A DNA stretch of 64,000 nucleotides. Origin: Octopus vulgaris. Lineage: Eukaryota. Within the stretch, counting starts at the first letter, position 1, and each line of letters opens with the position of its first letter. Below the pieces are notes generated by a model, which had not been told where the DNA came from, searched no databases, and saw only the letters and a program-made list of their open reading frames with translations. Of the stretch, positions 37,644 through 51,340 are shown piece after piece. The stretch is from assembly GCA_951406725.2 (NCBI GenBank), contig OX597818.1, forward strand, positions 109,120,001-109,184,000, in the 5' to 3' direction. The translations under genes and the position numbers were made by a program.

Positions 37644-40612
37644 CTACAATTAGTGGTTAGACTAGGCTTCCCTGATAAAATCTAATAAAAATAAAAACAT
37701 GTTCACAGTTGTCACTCTGCTGCCAAACAGTTAACTTGCTCCCTATTCCATCCTAATTTTAATTAATTTCAATTAATTAAAATTCTGGTGGTTGTCTGCC
37801 TAGTTTCCTGACCAGAAAAACTCATTGAGGAAATAATTTTTTTCCTCTGCACAGCAAGTTAATATTAATCAAAACCTCTTGTCTCACTACATTATGTATG
37901 TTAGAAGGCTTTTACTATTCGTCTTCTAGACAGCAGGCATCCCTGAGTATTTTCATCTCAGTTATTCTCGTATCTGGTTTAGTACCAAGTGAAACCCTAT
38001 AAAGATCCTAACAGATGCAGGGATTAATTCTCAAATCACTGGAGTGTCAACTATGTTGCCATCTTCACATAAAGTTAAATAACAGAGAAAGGCAACCTGA
38101 ACTGCTAAAGACACTGCAACCCTTAACATCAAAACTACCACCACTACAACAACAGCAACAACAACATCAACGGTAGCCACATCAGTGATCCTCTACTGTC
38201 ACCGCTAAAGGAAAAAGACACACAAATTAGTGAAAGACTTCACATAACAACAAAGCCGTTAAAAACTAATCCATGGAACACAACCTAAAGTAAAAACAAC
38301 CACATCGACATCAACCTACCCACCAGCTAATTAATATATCCTGCTTTTATAAAAAAAATAAATAAACACGGAAAACAAACTCAAAGTAAAATTAAAACTC
38401 TTATGAAGTCTACTGAGCAGAACTTTTATTTATAGGTTTTAGCATTTAATTTCTTTGCTAGTTTTTGGTTTTCAGTGTTAGTTTGTTTTTGTTTTTGTTC
38501 AGTATGATGAGGTTGTTAGGGGAAGGAAGGAGCGGTAATAGTAATTTTGATTGAACATTGATTTCAACTGGAATCAAACACTATATATTAAAGTACATGA
38601 TTTACAGTATTCATTAAAACCAAAGGGATCAAACAGTACATAAAATTAGTGAAGTGGGTTGCATTTATTACCATTTGATTTCTCTGGTGTTTTTGTTTTT
38701 CAGACACTGATATGGAAGAGAGTAAGATATGAAAGCAGTGATCTAATGACCAGATAAGGACTGGAAAAGCAGAGGGAGAGAGAGAGAGAGAGCAGGGAAG
38801 GGTGAGATGTAGAATGTTGAGCTGGAACAAGTTGAACATCATGAGGATGACATTCATGATGATGATGATCATCGTGATCATGATGATGACATCCATAACA
38901 ATCAGCAACATATCAACAACCAAGAAAAACTAAATAGAAGAGATTTACTCTTTCATTTTGTTTCACTTTTCTTTCCTTTGCTATGTAAATGCGTGTTAGC
39001 ATATCTCCATGTACAAACCCACTCCTCTACTCATTCACACACACACACACACACACAGCACTCCAAAAATATGTAGATATTCAAACTCTCAAAAAGCAAT
39101 TGAATGCAAGAAAGCATGGGAAAATTAATGTAAAACTACTACATATATACTACACATATATATATCTGTGAGTGTAGTGTGTGTGGTATATATAACAAAA
39201 CAGAATATATGCACATTTGAACATATATGCACACATAAAAGGCATATACATACACACATGCAAACTCTCCCACACTGCTTTCTCTCTCTCTCCCTCTCTC
39301 TCTCTCTCTCATACACACACACACATGTGCAAAATGTATGTCTATATACAAGTAAAAAGCAAAGCAAAAGGCTAATGCGAGTTGGGTGAATTTCCATAAC
39401 TGTTCACCAGTTCAATACTAAATTGATGAAGTATAGATGACAAATCACTAGTTAAATGTAGCCTTTTTTTCTTTTTTTCTGAGAAGATTATATATCAGCA
39501 CTTAAAGCCTTAAACAACTCTACCACCACATCATTCTCTCACTTTTCTTACCTAATTTGCAGCTGAGTAAATTGGAATGAATATTCAGTGCATTGCCCAC
39601 AGAATAGCAGTTTCATTTTCGCATACACACTTAAGTGTATATAACCTATGCTTTATCTATGCGGATATGCCTATCTTTCTGTTTTTTTCAATACTTCTGT
39701 ATGCAATCAGTCAAAAATTGGAGAACATATAATGCTTTGATAAATTCTTTTCAAAAGTTTTAAATAAGTTTTTCAATGGCACTGGAGAAGTAAAGATATC
39801 ACAGCAAATACTCAGCACATACCACTAAACTAAATTTACAAATCTAATGCCTTGCACATGAAATGTTTTCAAAGATTTCATCAATCTCACCGCTAAGGTA
39901 ATCACGATAATGGACATGTCAGTCAAAGTAATAAAACAAGCTATCACATCATCAGACTTATTATAGCATGAGCCAATGAAATCCTGGTTGCCTGATATTC
40001 TAGAAACAGCATCCACATTGCCCTCAATTCACACAGAGCTGTTTTACATGCAAACCTACCTGTGCACAAGGTCTCCCTGTCAAATCTCATCTGCGCAACA
40101 TATCCTCCTAACACACCTCTACCTATGCCCACTCACTGCTTATCCCTCCACTCCACCCCTCTTTTCACACTCTCAAGAACTTACCTACCACTCACCCTCT
40201 CCAACTCCTGGCCCACTTCCTTATATAAGCCTCATCACAACTTTACCATATTATCTCCTCAATCCCTCTCTCCAGCTTTTGTAGGCCCATCCATCTCCTC
40301 TACTGCAAGACACCTATTTCTGTCTCTCTATTCATACTCTAACTTCTCACCCAGTACAAAGCCACCTCCCTCAATACTGCACCCATACTCAGTTGAGGGG
40401 TCTTGTCTTGTAAGATATATATATATATATATATATAATAAATATTAGGGAATAAATCCAAATTTACAGGGAAAAAATCAGATTTAGGATTAAATCCAAT
40501 TTTATAGTAAAATATTATATAATATTATTAGAGACAAAACCACTATTTTGCAAAACAAACAAGGAAAGACTTAATCAATACATAAAATTTTAATAAAAAG
40601 TCAAAAAAACCG

Positions 40613-40655
40613 CCACTACAATTGTTTCTTGTCTTGATCGACAATCTTCAGGTGG
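40613..40655 (-). ncRNA. Minimal type I hammerhead ribozyme motif (mirror copy)
   Basis: Exact reverse complement of 40710-40752. Confidence 0.8.
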
Positions 40656-40709
40656 ACTTCCAATAAGTCAGTTTCAAATTTCATAATTTGAAACTGACTT
40701 ATTGGAAGT

Positions 40710-40752
40710 CCACCTGAAGATTGTCGATCAAGACAAGAAACAATTGTAGTGG
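40710..40752 (+). ncRNA. Minimal type I hammerhead ribozyme motif
   Basis: CCAC-CTGAAGA-TTGTC(gatcaa)GACAA-GAAA-CAATTG-TA-GTGG. It has stem I CCAC/GTGG, an intact CUGANGA and GAAA core, a 5-bp stem II, a palindromic stem III and a GUA cleavage triplet. Confidence 0.8.
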
Positions 40753-40836
40753 CGGTTTTTTGACTTTTTATTAAAATTTTATGTATTGATTAAGTCTTTC
40801 CTTGTTTGTTTTGCAAAATAGTGGTTTTGTCTCTAA

Positions 40837-40867
<31 letters not shown>

Positions 40868-42480
40868 GTATACATATATATGTATACATATATATATGTA
40901 CATATATATACATATATATACATATATATGTATAGAAATTAAATATAAAATATAAATTAACACACACACACACATATATATACATACATATATACACATA
41001 TATATTATATTAGCTACAAAGCTGCCCTATCAGGCGGCTTTTACGGTAGCTCCGGTGGAAAGCTCTTCATTAGGCCTTAGGCTCAACAAAGAGACTTCAT
41101 GCATTGAGAACATCTTAAATTTTATTAAACTTAAACAATATTCTTCAAGCAATGAACAATTTTCATTAAAACAATGATATAATTTGTCGACTTGGAACTT
41201 ATCGCAAAGCTGCATGATAAACAATATTTTTGTCTTCCCATTCAGGGGTCAGTACAATGTTTTTCTGTCTAACCTCTTTCTTTCTCCCTCTGTCTTTCTG
41301 TTGATTGTTTTCAGCCATCACTATCACCACTACCATCGCCACCACATCTGCCATCACACACCATTCAGACTTCTGATGCCACCACCATCAATACCTTTGA
41401 CTTCGCCGCCTTCCCCTCCACCACCATCACCACTGTCTTTCACATTGCTTACTCTCACCATCATCCCTGACTGCCTTTGCTACCACCACCATCACCGCCT
41501 ACACCTTTATCATAACCACAGCTCATACTATTACTATCACCCCATTACCATCACAAAAAGGCTAAATGTGTGTGTAAAAGAATTCAATCTTCAGTATGTT
41601 CAGCCCCTCTTTCTCACATGTACCCACTCTTTCTCTCTCACTACTACTTTTAATAAAACATCATCAACTCTCCCTAAATTTCTTTGTCTCTCTTTCTCTC
41701 CCTCTCTCTCTTTCTGTCTTTCCTCAGCACAGCCCTCACCATCTCTATGCCTACTATTACTCTCACCCCAGCATGAGCAATAGTAGAAGTGTCATTGAAT
41801 AGTGAGAGAGGGGTCGAAATGTGACACACTGACACATAGAAATTAGTTTCCGCATTTATTATATTACCTATATATGTATAGAGAGAGAGAGAGGGAGAGA
41901 GAGAGATATAGAGAAATAGTGGGGAGAAAGAGATCTGTATATATCCATCATTTAATGTCTATGTTTCATGCAGCCACTTTATAATAAGAACATTTTCATG
42001 CCACCAGCAACAGTGAGGTCACTATATAGCTTGCAAAGATACAAACCATGAGACCAGTGTAAAACAGGTTTCTTGTGGTAGAGGGGCTGCATGGCTTTTA
42101 GTTGAGAGGGTATTGATGGGTAATCAGGCTAGGGCAGGACATAGATGAAATAGTGTGATAAGGTGTTTGTGTGGATCCTGAAAGTTTGAGGTAAGGTAGA
42201 ATTGAGTTGAAGAAAAACTGAGTGTGTAGGTGAGAAGAAATTGCACGAGTGCATGGGAGAATGAGATAGGGATAAGGTAAGAGGAATAAATATAGATAAT
42301 GAAGAACAAGTGTTGAGTGGATAAGGGATAAGTAAGGGATGGAGTGGGTGACAACAGTGAGCATTGTCTTCTTTCAAATAAAATTTCCAAGCACTATTTT
42401 CAGGTACTAGTTGTTGAGTATGTTACCTTCCTAGACAACCTGATTAACTCTATTGGTAACTAGGCTATATTCTGTTCCAC

Positions 42481-43680
42481 CTTACTAGGATCAGTAGAGC
42501 TTCTCCCTGGCACGAAACCAAGCTGCATCTCATTTAGGTTAACTTTCTTCCTAATTAGTTGAGCTACGATCCTTTCTGTAACTTTCATGCTCTGGTCTAG
42601 CAGTTTGTTACCTCTGTAATTACTTCTGTCTAAGGTATTTCCTTTACCTTTGTAGCTGTTGACTACAAAGGTAAAGGAAATACCTTGCTGCTTGGTTTTG
42701 TGCCAGGGAGAAGCTTTACTGATCCCAGTAAGACAACTGCAAGAGAAGCATTTAGCTGAAAATAAACCTCTGTACTTGGCATTTGTCAACATGGAGAAAG
42801 GTTTTGACGTGGTCCCTCATTTCCTCATCTTATGGTTGGAAAAGAAGTTAAGGGTAGATGACTGGTTGGTGAGAGCTATCAAAACCATGTACAGGGACAC
42901 TATCAGTAATGTGAAAGTCGACAATGAGTATAGCTAAGAATATGGTGTGCAGGTAGAAATTCACCAGGGTTCAGTTCTCAGTCCCTTCCTATTTATCAAT
43001 ACTCCTCTAGGCCATAGCAGAGGATTTTAAGACTGGTTGTTTATGGCAAAATTTCTATGCTGATGATCTTGTTCTTAAAGCTGAATCTGTAGTTAAAATA
43101 GAAAAGACCTTCCAAGTGTTGAAGCAAAACCTGGAATCAAAGTGCTTTAGAAAAGACAAAAGTCCTAGAAAGCAGGAAACCCGTTTGTGGGCTTATTCCT
43201 TCAGGATAAGCATACTAGCTGGCCCTGTTTGATACATAGAAAAGGGGTAGGTGACAATTCCATTTGGTGTATCCTATGGGCATAAAAAAGGTGCAGCGGA
43301 ATCACAGGAAGATTAATGGAGAAAGTAGACTTTGTTTGTAGCAGAGGAGCAGAAGCAATAAACACTAAGAACACACAGGAAATAGATTCGGTTGAATGCC
43401 CAGGAGGATCCTTACGGGTAGTAGATACTTTGTTATCTACATAACAAGTAGCAATGGTGGAGAATCCACTGAAAGTCAAGTTGTTAGAATACATTCTGGC
43501 TTGTAGAAAGTTCAGAGAGCTGTTATCTAAGCCTTTCACTGTAAGTTATCTCAGAGTGAAAAGCAGACTGTATGATGCTTGTGAACAAACAACAATGCTA
43601 CATGGTACGGAAATGTGGCCTGTGAATGCAGAGGTCAACTTGGAATGTAGACATTAAATTATGAAGAAGATGATGATAAT
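42481..43680 (+). mobile_element. Decayed RTE-clade LINE with an inverted 5' segment (42481-42655 on minus)
   Basis: Minus strand: YKGKG...NYRGNKLL...QLGFVPGRSSTD. Plus strand: VRQLQEK...LYLAFVNMEKGFD, HQGSVLSPFLF, YADDLVL. Many stops and frameshifts. Degenerate GAT-type tail. Confidence 0.85.
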
Positions 43681-43869
43681 ATATTGGATTGGATTGCCTA
43701 TGTTCAATCAAGTGGAGGGCAAAGCCCCAGCAGGTTCTCTCCAGCAAGAGATCATATTAATTTGCTGAGCCCACTCTGCCGCATTGACATGACTTGTCAT
43801 GGCAGAGGGTTGCAGTTTGTACACTCTTACACAGGAACAGTTAAGTCGATTACATTGACCCCAGTTCTC

Positions 43870-44010
43870 TGCTGGTACATGGCAGAATCATTAGCATGTC
43901 AGGTGAAATGCTTAGTTGTATTTTGTCCTTACATTCTAAGCTAAAATTTTGCCAAGGTAGACTGTGCCTTTCATGTTTTGGGGTTGATTAAATAAGTACC
44001 AGCTGAGCCC
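43870..44010 (+). mobile_element. SINE family C, degenerate
   Basis: TGGCAGAATCATTAGCA...GCCTTTCATG...TAAGTACCAG. Confidence 0.6.
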
Positions 44011-44497
44011 ACGCATGCACACAAACACACACACACACATAAGCATGCACGTGTGTGTGTATTGACGGAATCTCTCAAAGGTGATGTCCAACCAAGATCA
44101 CGATCATCTAAAATCTCTGAGGAATTTCAAAAGTAATATACAAATCCATCCAAACTGATGTGTAAATTACAAGTCTACCATCATAACATCAGAATATGTA
44201 TTAGTAACATTTATAGCCAAGGCAAATACAAAAAAATAATTTAAAACATAAAAACGCTCACAAAATATGAACAGAATACATTTGCAACTTTTTTGTTTTA
44301 CTGAGAATAAAGTAGTTACAAGAAAGAAGTGACTCACTTGCACAAACCGTGATAACGGGCTACACAAGATGCTTCAAACATCTGATGTAGTAGTCATTAA
44401 AAGTGTTGACCACTATGACTCAGCAGGTCCCTTCCAATTACCGGACCTAATACCATTAATTGGAGCAGTTTGATAGGTTAAAAGTGTGGACTGGTCA

Positions 44498-44531
<34 letters not shown>

Positions 44532-45893
44532 TGCTTGCACATGTACATATGTGTGCAAGGCTGCAATCAAAGTTAGAAGGAAGAAAGGAAGGAGAATTCA
44601 AATGAATGATTGTTCAGAGAAAGAAGATATCAAACTGGATTTCCCCAAACACTCAAGCTGAAATCTTCACGATCGGTGGAGTGGAAGGTAAACAGTGTCT
44701 TATCCAACCCTAGCATCTCCATAGACACACATGGCAAGCACACACACACATGCACACTAACTAGCGTTAATACATACCAGAGGACATTTGTGTTTCATTT
44801 TAGAGATTGTTAAAGGGTTTTATTGAAGATGAAAGGAGTCACTTAGAAAACTGCAATCTTAATAATCAAGTAGTTAGCAACAAGAGGGAGATTCTACATG
44901 GGTAATGTATCAAAGGGACTTTGTGTAGGGTTTGCCAATTCATATTACTACAGAGCGACAGGATTCCTTAAACCTGTTTGCTGCATTCTTAGCATTCAAT
45001 GACATGGCAAAAACTAATAATCCAGGCTAAACAGATAACTGACAGATTCGCTGCAGCAGGGAACAAGGAAGATTATTGACAATGACGGCCTGACCATGAT
45101 AGAATGAGGAATTTCTCCAGGTTTACTAATCAACTGTACAAGGAAACTTCTATCAATAAAAGCCATTGGTATTAAAGAGAAATGAAAAGTTCCAAGAAGA
45201 TTATTAAATGTTGAAGGAATACATTAAGATGATGTAAAATAAATTTCATTAGATGTTTAGCACATGCGTGTGTGTGTGTAAAAGGGAGAGCATGTCAAAG
45301 TTGTCCACATAATCTTTTGTGCAACACAAAAGTTAACAATTTGACATAGACAAGCATTCAGGTTAATATTAGTGAATGCAGAAAATGGCCCACAAGTGTG
45401 AGCAGGATCCCAAGTGTAAGTGGGGTCACAGAGAGAGATGCTGCAAACACACTGTCATTCAAATAATCATATACAGACAAATGTAATATTTGTATGAGGG
45501 TTTATCAAATCCACCCTTGCACCCAAGTGTATCACTATGTACTTATTAACTTTTCTACTTATTTCTCTATAAGTAAAAGTAAAATAAAAGAGCGTGCTAT
45601 GTTGCTGAAGCAAGGTGAGGGAACCAGAAAGAAAACCTACTTGCAAAAGTATTGATAGAAAAGATTTTTAACAGAAGAATCAGGGATTTATCTTTACCAA
45701 AACATGACGATGACAACAGAGATGATGAAACAATAACAGATAGTTGTAACAACTAACAATGAGGCTGATATAAATAATGGAAACCAGAATATATCTCTAC
45801 CCAGTAAAAATGTCAGCACTAACAGTCACCTGAATATAAATACCCTTCATTTATTGACAATATATAAATCTATAACAGACTTTCCAAAAGCTG

Positions 45894-46210
45894 TCATCAT
45901 CATCATCATTGTCTAACATCTGTTTTCCATGCTGGCATGGGTTGAACAGTCTAACTGGGGTCTGGCAAGCCAAGAGGCCACACCAGGCTCCAATCTCACC
46001 TGGCAATGTTTCTACAGCTGGATGCCCTTCCTAATGCCAACCACTCCAAGAGTGTAGTGGGTGCTTGTTATGCACTGCCAGCGTGGGAGCCAGTCAGATG
46101 GTACTGGTGTCGGCCACATTCAGATGGTGCTTTTTACGTGCTACCAGCACAGGAGCCAGTCAGGGCAGGGGTGCTGGCAATGACCACATTCAGATGGTGC
46201 TTCTTATGTC
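45894..46210 (-). mobile_element. Family B
   Basis: Shared motifs and (CAT)n. Confidence 0.8.
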
Positions 46211-48354
46211 TTGTGATAAGGGTGACTTAAATCTACATCCAAAAGATTACAGTTAATTAACTGAAGTCTAAATTACAATGAAATAAAGGGGCTCAATAAA
46301 AAAATAAATAGAATTACAGGAAAACAAGACCTAAAAAGAATACTGAGAAAGAAAAAGAAAAGACAGCATTAAGATACACAAATATATAGAATTCTAAAAA
46401 TCTAAAAGAAAAGAAAAAGTCATAGAGATGAAAATAGGCAACAGATATCAACAATTAGTCTCAGAAATATAAATTTGAACAACACAGTATTGTTAATCAG
46501 ATGTTCAGATATTGTGAACTTGTATTGATTCTGTAACCTGACCCATCTCAGCAGAGATAGGGGAATAAATATGTGTCATCCTTTCAAGTACAGCAATTCA
46601 GAATGTGCGTCAAGTGTTGCTACCAAACAATAAAATTGTGTAATCCCGTACACAATCCCAGTAGATTTCAGTAAACACAGAACTTATAACAAGCTTACAT
46701 CCTGAACATCTGGATAATTCCAGATACCATCTAACAACTGATTGTTATCAGGGAAGGGATTAATAATGTAGCAAAGTGCTGAAATCATAGAAATTTCCAG
46801 TCAACAGCTGACTATGAGATTCTACTGTAGCATCTTGTAGTACACAGACACATAAGCTGAGGCACCTACAGAGGAATCACACTTACATACACAGCAAGCC
46901 AAGGTTTATTTTGCCATAAGCTTTATCTGCAGGAATGTTTCACTTGCAGTAGAAACTATTTTATCTTATTTCGTTTTACTTGTATCACTTCTGTTTTGAA
47001 GGCCACAAAGCTTCATTCCCCTCCTTGAACACCTTAAACTTTAAACTTACCAGAAGTCAATAAGAAAAATATGCTTGTGTGTGTGTGCAAGTGTGTGAGT
47101 GTGTGTGTGCATGCATACACAGACACACATCTTTGTATTTGTCTCTCACCCTTTGTATATATTCTCATGACTTAGCAATTCAGCAAAACAGAGATCAAGA
47201 AAGTCACGGTCGGTTTGATCAACCAAGCTTTTTACAGTGACGCACTAATATGGCTACAGTGCAATGACTGAAACAAGTAAAGGAAGAAAAGTATCCAAAA
47301 ATCTTTAGCAAAACAGAATGAGTCTTCAAAGATTACACTTAAATCTTATTCATAATTCCTAAAAAGAGAAAGAAATGTCATTGATACAAATAGTTGACGC
47401 ATCAAAAAAGTACAGAAAATATTAATCAAAATTAATTTCAACCAGAATTTAGCAGAATATTTTGAAGAGATTATTTCCCTACCATCCACGAAATAGATAA
47501 GAAAATGGCCAAAAGTGTTATTACAATTTCTTCCCAAGGGGACAGACTTGGCACTACACAGTTTGCTACTTTACGGTTATATCACAATTTCACATGGACA
47601 GATAGATGTCATAAAATATCTCAAACTTTCAAAACTGGTTGCAAGCTGAATAACTGGATACCTCGAACACAATGAGGTATTTTAATTAGGAATTTAAAAC
47701 AATATCAATGGTACTTATGGGAACCAGTAATATATTTACTCCATTAGACAATTCCATTACTCATAAAGCAGGTCAGAGTCTCAGAAACACATAAATACAC
47801 ACAAACACACACAGCTGAACACATATTATTCCATGTAATTTTTTTTTTTTTATCAGTGATTATAAATGAATTTCAACAAAGTATAACCATAAATATGCTG
47901 CATTATATCACAGTATGATAAAGAAGTTGCTGTCATCAAAATGTAATAACCAGTTAACTTGTAACACAACTAACAAGTACCATTGTCAACATTGGTGATT
48001 AAATTTTAATGGACCAACACAAACATTTCCATTAGTAAGTGCAGCACCTGAAATGTCAGCAGCCAGGTTCTGACATCAACGTGAATCACCCTTTGCAGGA
48101 TGTGGGATATTGTTTTTAGCATTAATTCAATGTGTGCCTACATGCAGATGATCATAACATCAATGTTGGCAAACAGATTAGATCTCAATGTTGATCAACA
48201 GTGTAAAACATCACAATCAAACTGGTTATTATTACTCACAAGAAATCTTATGTCAAAAATTACCGGATTCGTTTAATGACACCATCAATATGTCACTTTA
48301 TTATATAACATACCTGCTACAACTTCAGTGTTATGGATTCTGCAGTTATTGGCT

Positions 48355-48520
48355 CACTGGTGCAGAACATAGCATTACTGACTCAGCATCACAGAACACA
48401 GCATTATTGCATCACTGGTGCAGAATATAGCCTTACTGCTTCACTGGTTCAGAACAGAGCATTACTAATTCATGGGTGCAGAGGACAGCATCACTAGTTC
48501 ATTGGCACAAGTATACCACA
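48355..48520 (+). repeat. Degenerate 29-bp minisatellite, 5-6 units
   Basis: CAGA recurs at 48363, 48392, 48421, 48450 and 48479. Confidence 0.8.
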
Positions 48521-48882
48521 CTGGGAAGAGCATAAGTCATTTCATATCATTTACTGCCCTTACGTTACAAAATATTAAAACAACTAAGTTATAACAATAT
48601 TGTTTAAATTCTATCAAATTATCCTCAAGATATGTAATATCAATTTTATTTTCAATTTCAATGTATAGCTGCTAGATTTACACATCTGGGTTTCATTCAT
48701 TTGGACACTATTGTTTTACAACTAGATGTCCTTCCAGCCATTAGCCCTTACTTGTTTTTCCGAGAAACGGATTTCTCATTCTACTTGTCTCCAAGGGCAT
48801 AAAGGCGGCAGATGATTTGTTGACAGGAGAATGACAGAATGATCACCATTAATGTTTCAGTAATCTCAAGAGAAGTAAAATT

Positions 48883-48927
<45 letters not shown>

Positions 48928-49276
48928 AGGCATCTTTGATTTTGCATCAACAAAATCACAAGTCTTTGGTCAGCCCAAGGCAACAGTAGACAACATGCGT
49001 AAGATGCCATGCAGTGGAACTGAACATAAAACCACATAATTGAGAAGCAATCTTCTTAATCGCACAGCCATGCCGGGGCTAACTGTGGAAATATATGGGA
49101 AATTCTATGTGGTCACTTGACCTGTAACCAATAACAACCAAAACATGCTTTATAATATTTAAAAAAAGGAATGATGCAATGCAAAATGAAGCCCTAGACA
49201 CACGATACTTTTGTAACAATTGCTTAACAATAAAACAGTTGTGACCCTTACACCATCTTTTGGTGCCACACTAGTT

Positions 49277-49645
49277 ATCATCATCAACCTTTAAATGTCC
49301 ATTTTCCATGCTGGCATGAGTTGGACGGTTTGACCAGAGCTGACAAGATGGGAAGCTGCACCAAGTTCTAGTCTGAATTGGTTTGGTTTCTACAGCTGGA
49401 TGCCCTTCCTAACACCAACCACTATACAGTGTGTGCTGGGTGCTTTTAACATACCATCAGCACAACTGCTTTTACGTGGCACCAGCACGAGTGTTTTATA
49501 TGTGGCACAAGTGCTTTTTCTGTGGCACTGGCACAAGACTCTTGCCAGCCAATCGTCTTCACAAGGAGATGCAGCCAGAACACTTCTGTTATGGAGGACA
49601 GATCTTCTTCAGTACAGCCAGGTGCAAGGTATCTCAAACCTTTGT
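49277..49645 (-). mobile_element. Family B, long degenerate copy
   Basis: Shared motifs. The 5' part resembles an RTE ORF2 C-terminus (EMTK...LAVLKK). Confidence 0.7.
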
Positions 49646-49735
49646 CATCTCATCCAAAGGGGTCAGCATTCTGAGATTACCCTTCAATAACATTTCAAAG
49701 TTGCGCTTTTTTTGTTATTTATCACAACAGTTTAA

Positions 49736-49953
49736 CTCTTCACCATTTAAACCAGCCACATCTAGGCCAAATATTAACTGCTTTCTGTTGAAACCAGCCA
49801 GATTTAGCCTCCCACACTTATCCCACAATATCATTCTAAAAATATACAATCACATCGATGCAATCTGAAACCTACAAAATAATGAATGATTAATTAAAAA
49901 CAATATGAATAAATAAGCATTACGTTTGGCAGAGTAATCTGAATGTTAAAGGG
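49736..49953 (-). mobile_element. piggyBac-type MITE
   Basis: TTAA|CTCTT...GAATGTTAAAGGG|TTAA. Confidence 0.75.
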
Positions 49954-50919
49954 TTAATCAATTTAAAGTTATCAATCACTGAATTAAAATGGACAGGACA
50001 GCTAGAACAAACAAATCTGATATTCCAGCAGACTTTCTTTAACATGGTGAGATTTGTAGCTGATGGATTACAGGATTCAAATATTTCCTAAAAACTATCA
50101 GTCTGGACTTAATCATAATAAACTAGAGATTTTTTCTTGTTAGGAGATATTTCTGATTCTAGTAGATATTAATACATGATTCAGCAACATTTCAAAATGG
50201 TAAAAAAAAAACATTTATATGAAACCACCAGATGCCTTTTACCAAATAATTTCAAAACCCCAACAAAGACATGAATTTCCACAGAATTTGATTTTATTAA
50301 CTCATGTCTATTATAAAATATACATTAATGCAATTAAATTCTATAAAATTTATGTTTAAAAGGCTGACAAAACCATTTATAAAAGGCGCTTTTAAAATGC
50401 TCAAACATTATCAAGTCCACACTATAACAAAATGTCTTGGGGAAGCGCCATCCAAACTAACTAGAGCTTTGCAACAAGCTCTAATGGAGAATCATGTCAA
50501 AATATGTGCTGCTTTGTGAGAGCCCTCTGAATTTAATTGGGAAAATTTAAGTGATAAATTTGAACAAATTTTTGCTATAAACTTTGGAAAATGTGCTTTT
50601 TTCCACCTCCACACCTTGTGTCCAACTAAAACTGTTATTTGTCAAAAGAATAAAAGGTAGGATATTGATCTGTTGTTTGCAAGTTTGGTGGCCACAATTC
50701 TTTTGCACTATAAACTAAGGCATCTTTGTTTATTGAATGGGAATTCCTCAAGTGACTGTATGTTATGCTTCTGGGCCTCTCACACTTTCCATGATAATGA
50801 CATGAATTAATGACAAGAAAGTCAAAATTCTCATACATACAGGCTCATTTGAAAATTTCATCTGTCAAGAATTAGCAAATTAATTCAACCTGAAGATATT
50901 CCCCAAAACAGGTAGTGAG

Positions 50920-51340
50920 TCTCTTTTACTCTTTTACTTGTTTCAGTCATTTGACTGCGGCCATGCTGGAGCACCGCCTTTTTTTTTTTAGTCGATCAAA
51001 TCGACCCCGGGTCTTATTCTTTGTAAGCCCAGTACTTATTCTATCGGTCTCTTTTTGCCGAACCGCTAAGTAACGGGGACGTAAACACACCAGCATCGGT
51101 TGTCAAGCAATGCTAGAGGGACAAATACAGACACACAAACATATACACACACACATATATATATATATACATATATACGACAGGCTTCTTTCAGTTTCCG
51201 TCTACCAAATCCACTCACAAGGCATTGGTCGGCCCGGGGCTATAGCAGAAGACACTTGCCCAAGATGCCACGCAGTAGGACTGAACCCGCAACCATGTGG
51301 TTGGTTAGCAAGCTACTTACCACACAGCCACTCCTGCGTG
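50920..51340 (-). mobile_element. SINE family A, young full-length copy
   Basis: Nearly identical to 27288-27700. Confidence 0.9.

Larger units (their letters stand above)
40433..40848. mobile_element. PLE-type fold-back element: near-perfect palindrome (~165-bp arms, 4-nt loop) plus ~80-bp one-sided extension, in (TA)n
   Basis: Arms ~40516-40680 and 40685-40848 differ by one indel in an A/T run. Loop TCAT. Confidence 0.85.

Noticed and set aside
41184-41783. 199-aa His/Pro-rich ORF
   Set aside because: Low-complexity CAC/CT tracts that lack stops by composition, with no splice or domain evidence.
48313-48520. Possible minus-strand exon (cttcccAG acceptor, CAG|GTATGT donor) over the 29-bp minisatellite
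   Set aside because: Stops in all three frames and a non-triplet period. At most a non-coding or cryptic exon, with no support.
50635-50838. KELWPPN resembling the Tc1/mariner WPPNSPDLNP motif
   Set aside because: The match is too short and there are no other transposase motifs or TIRs.
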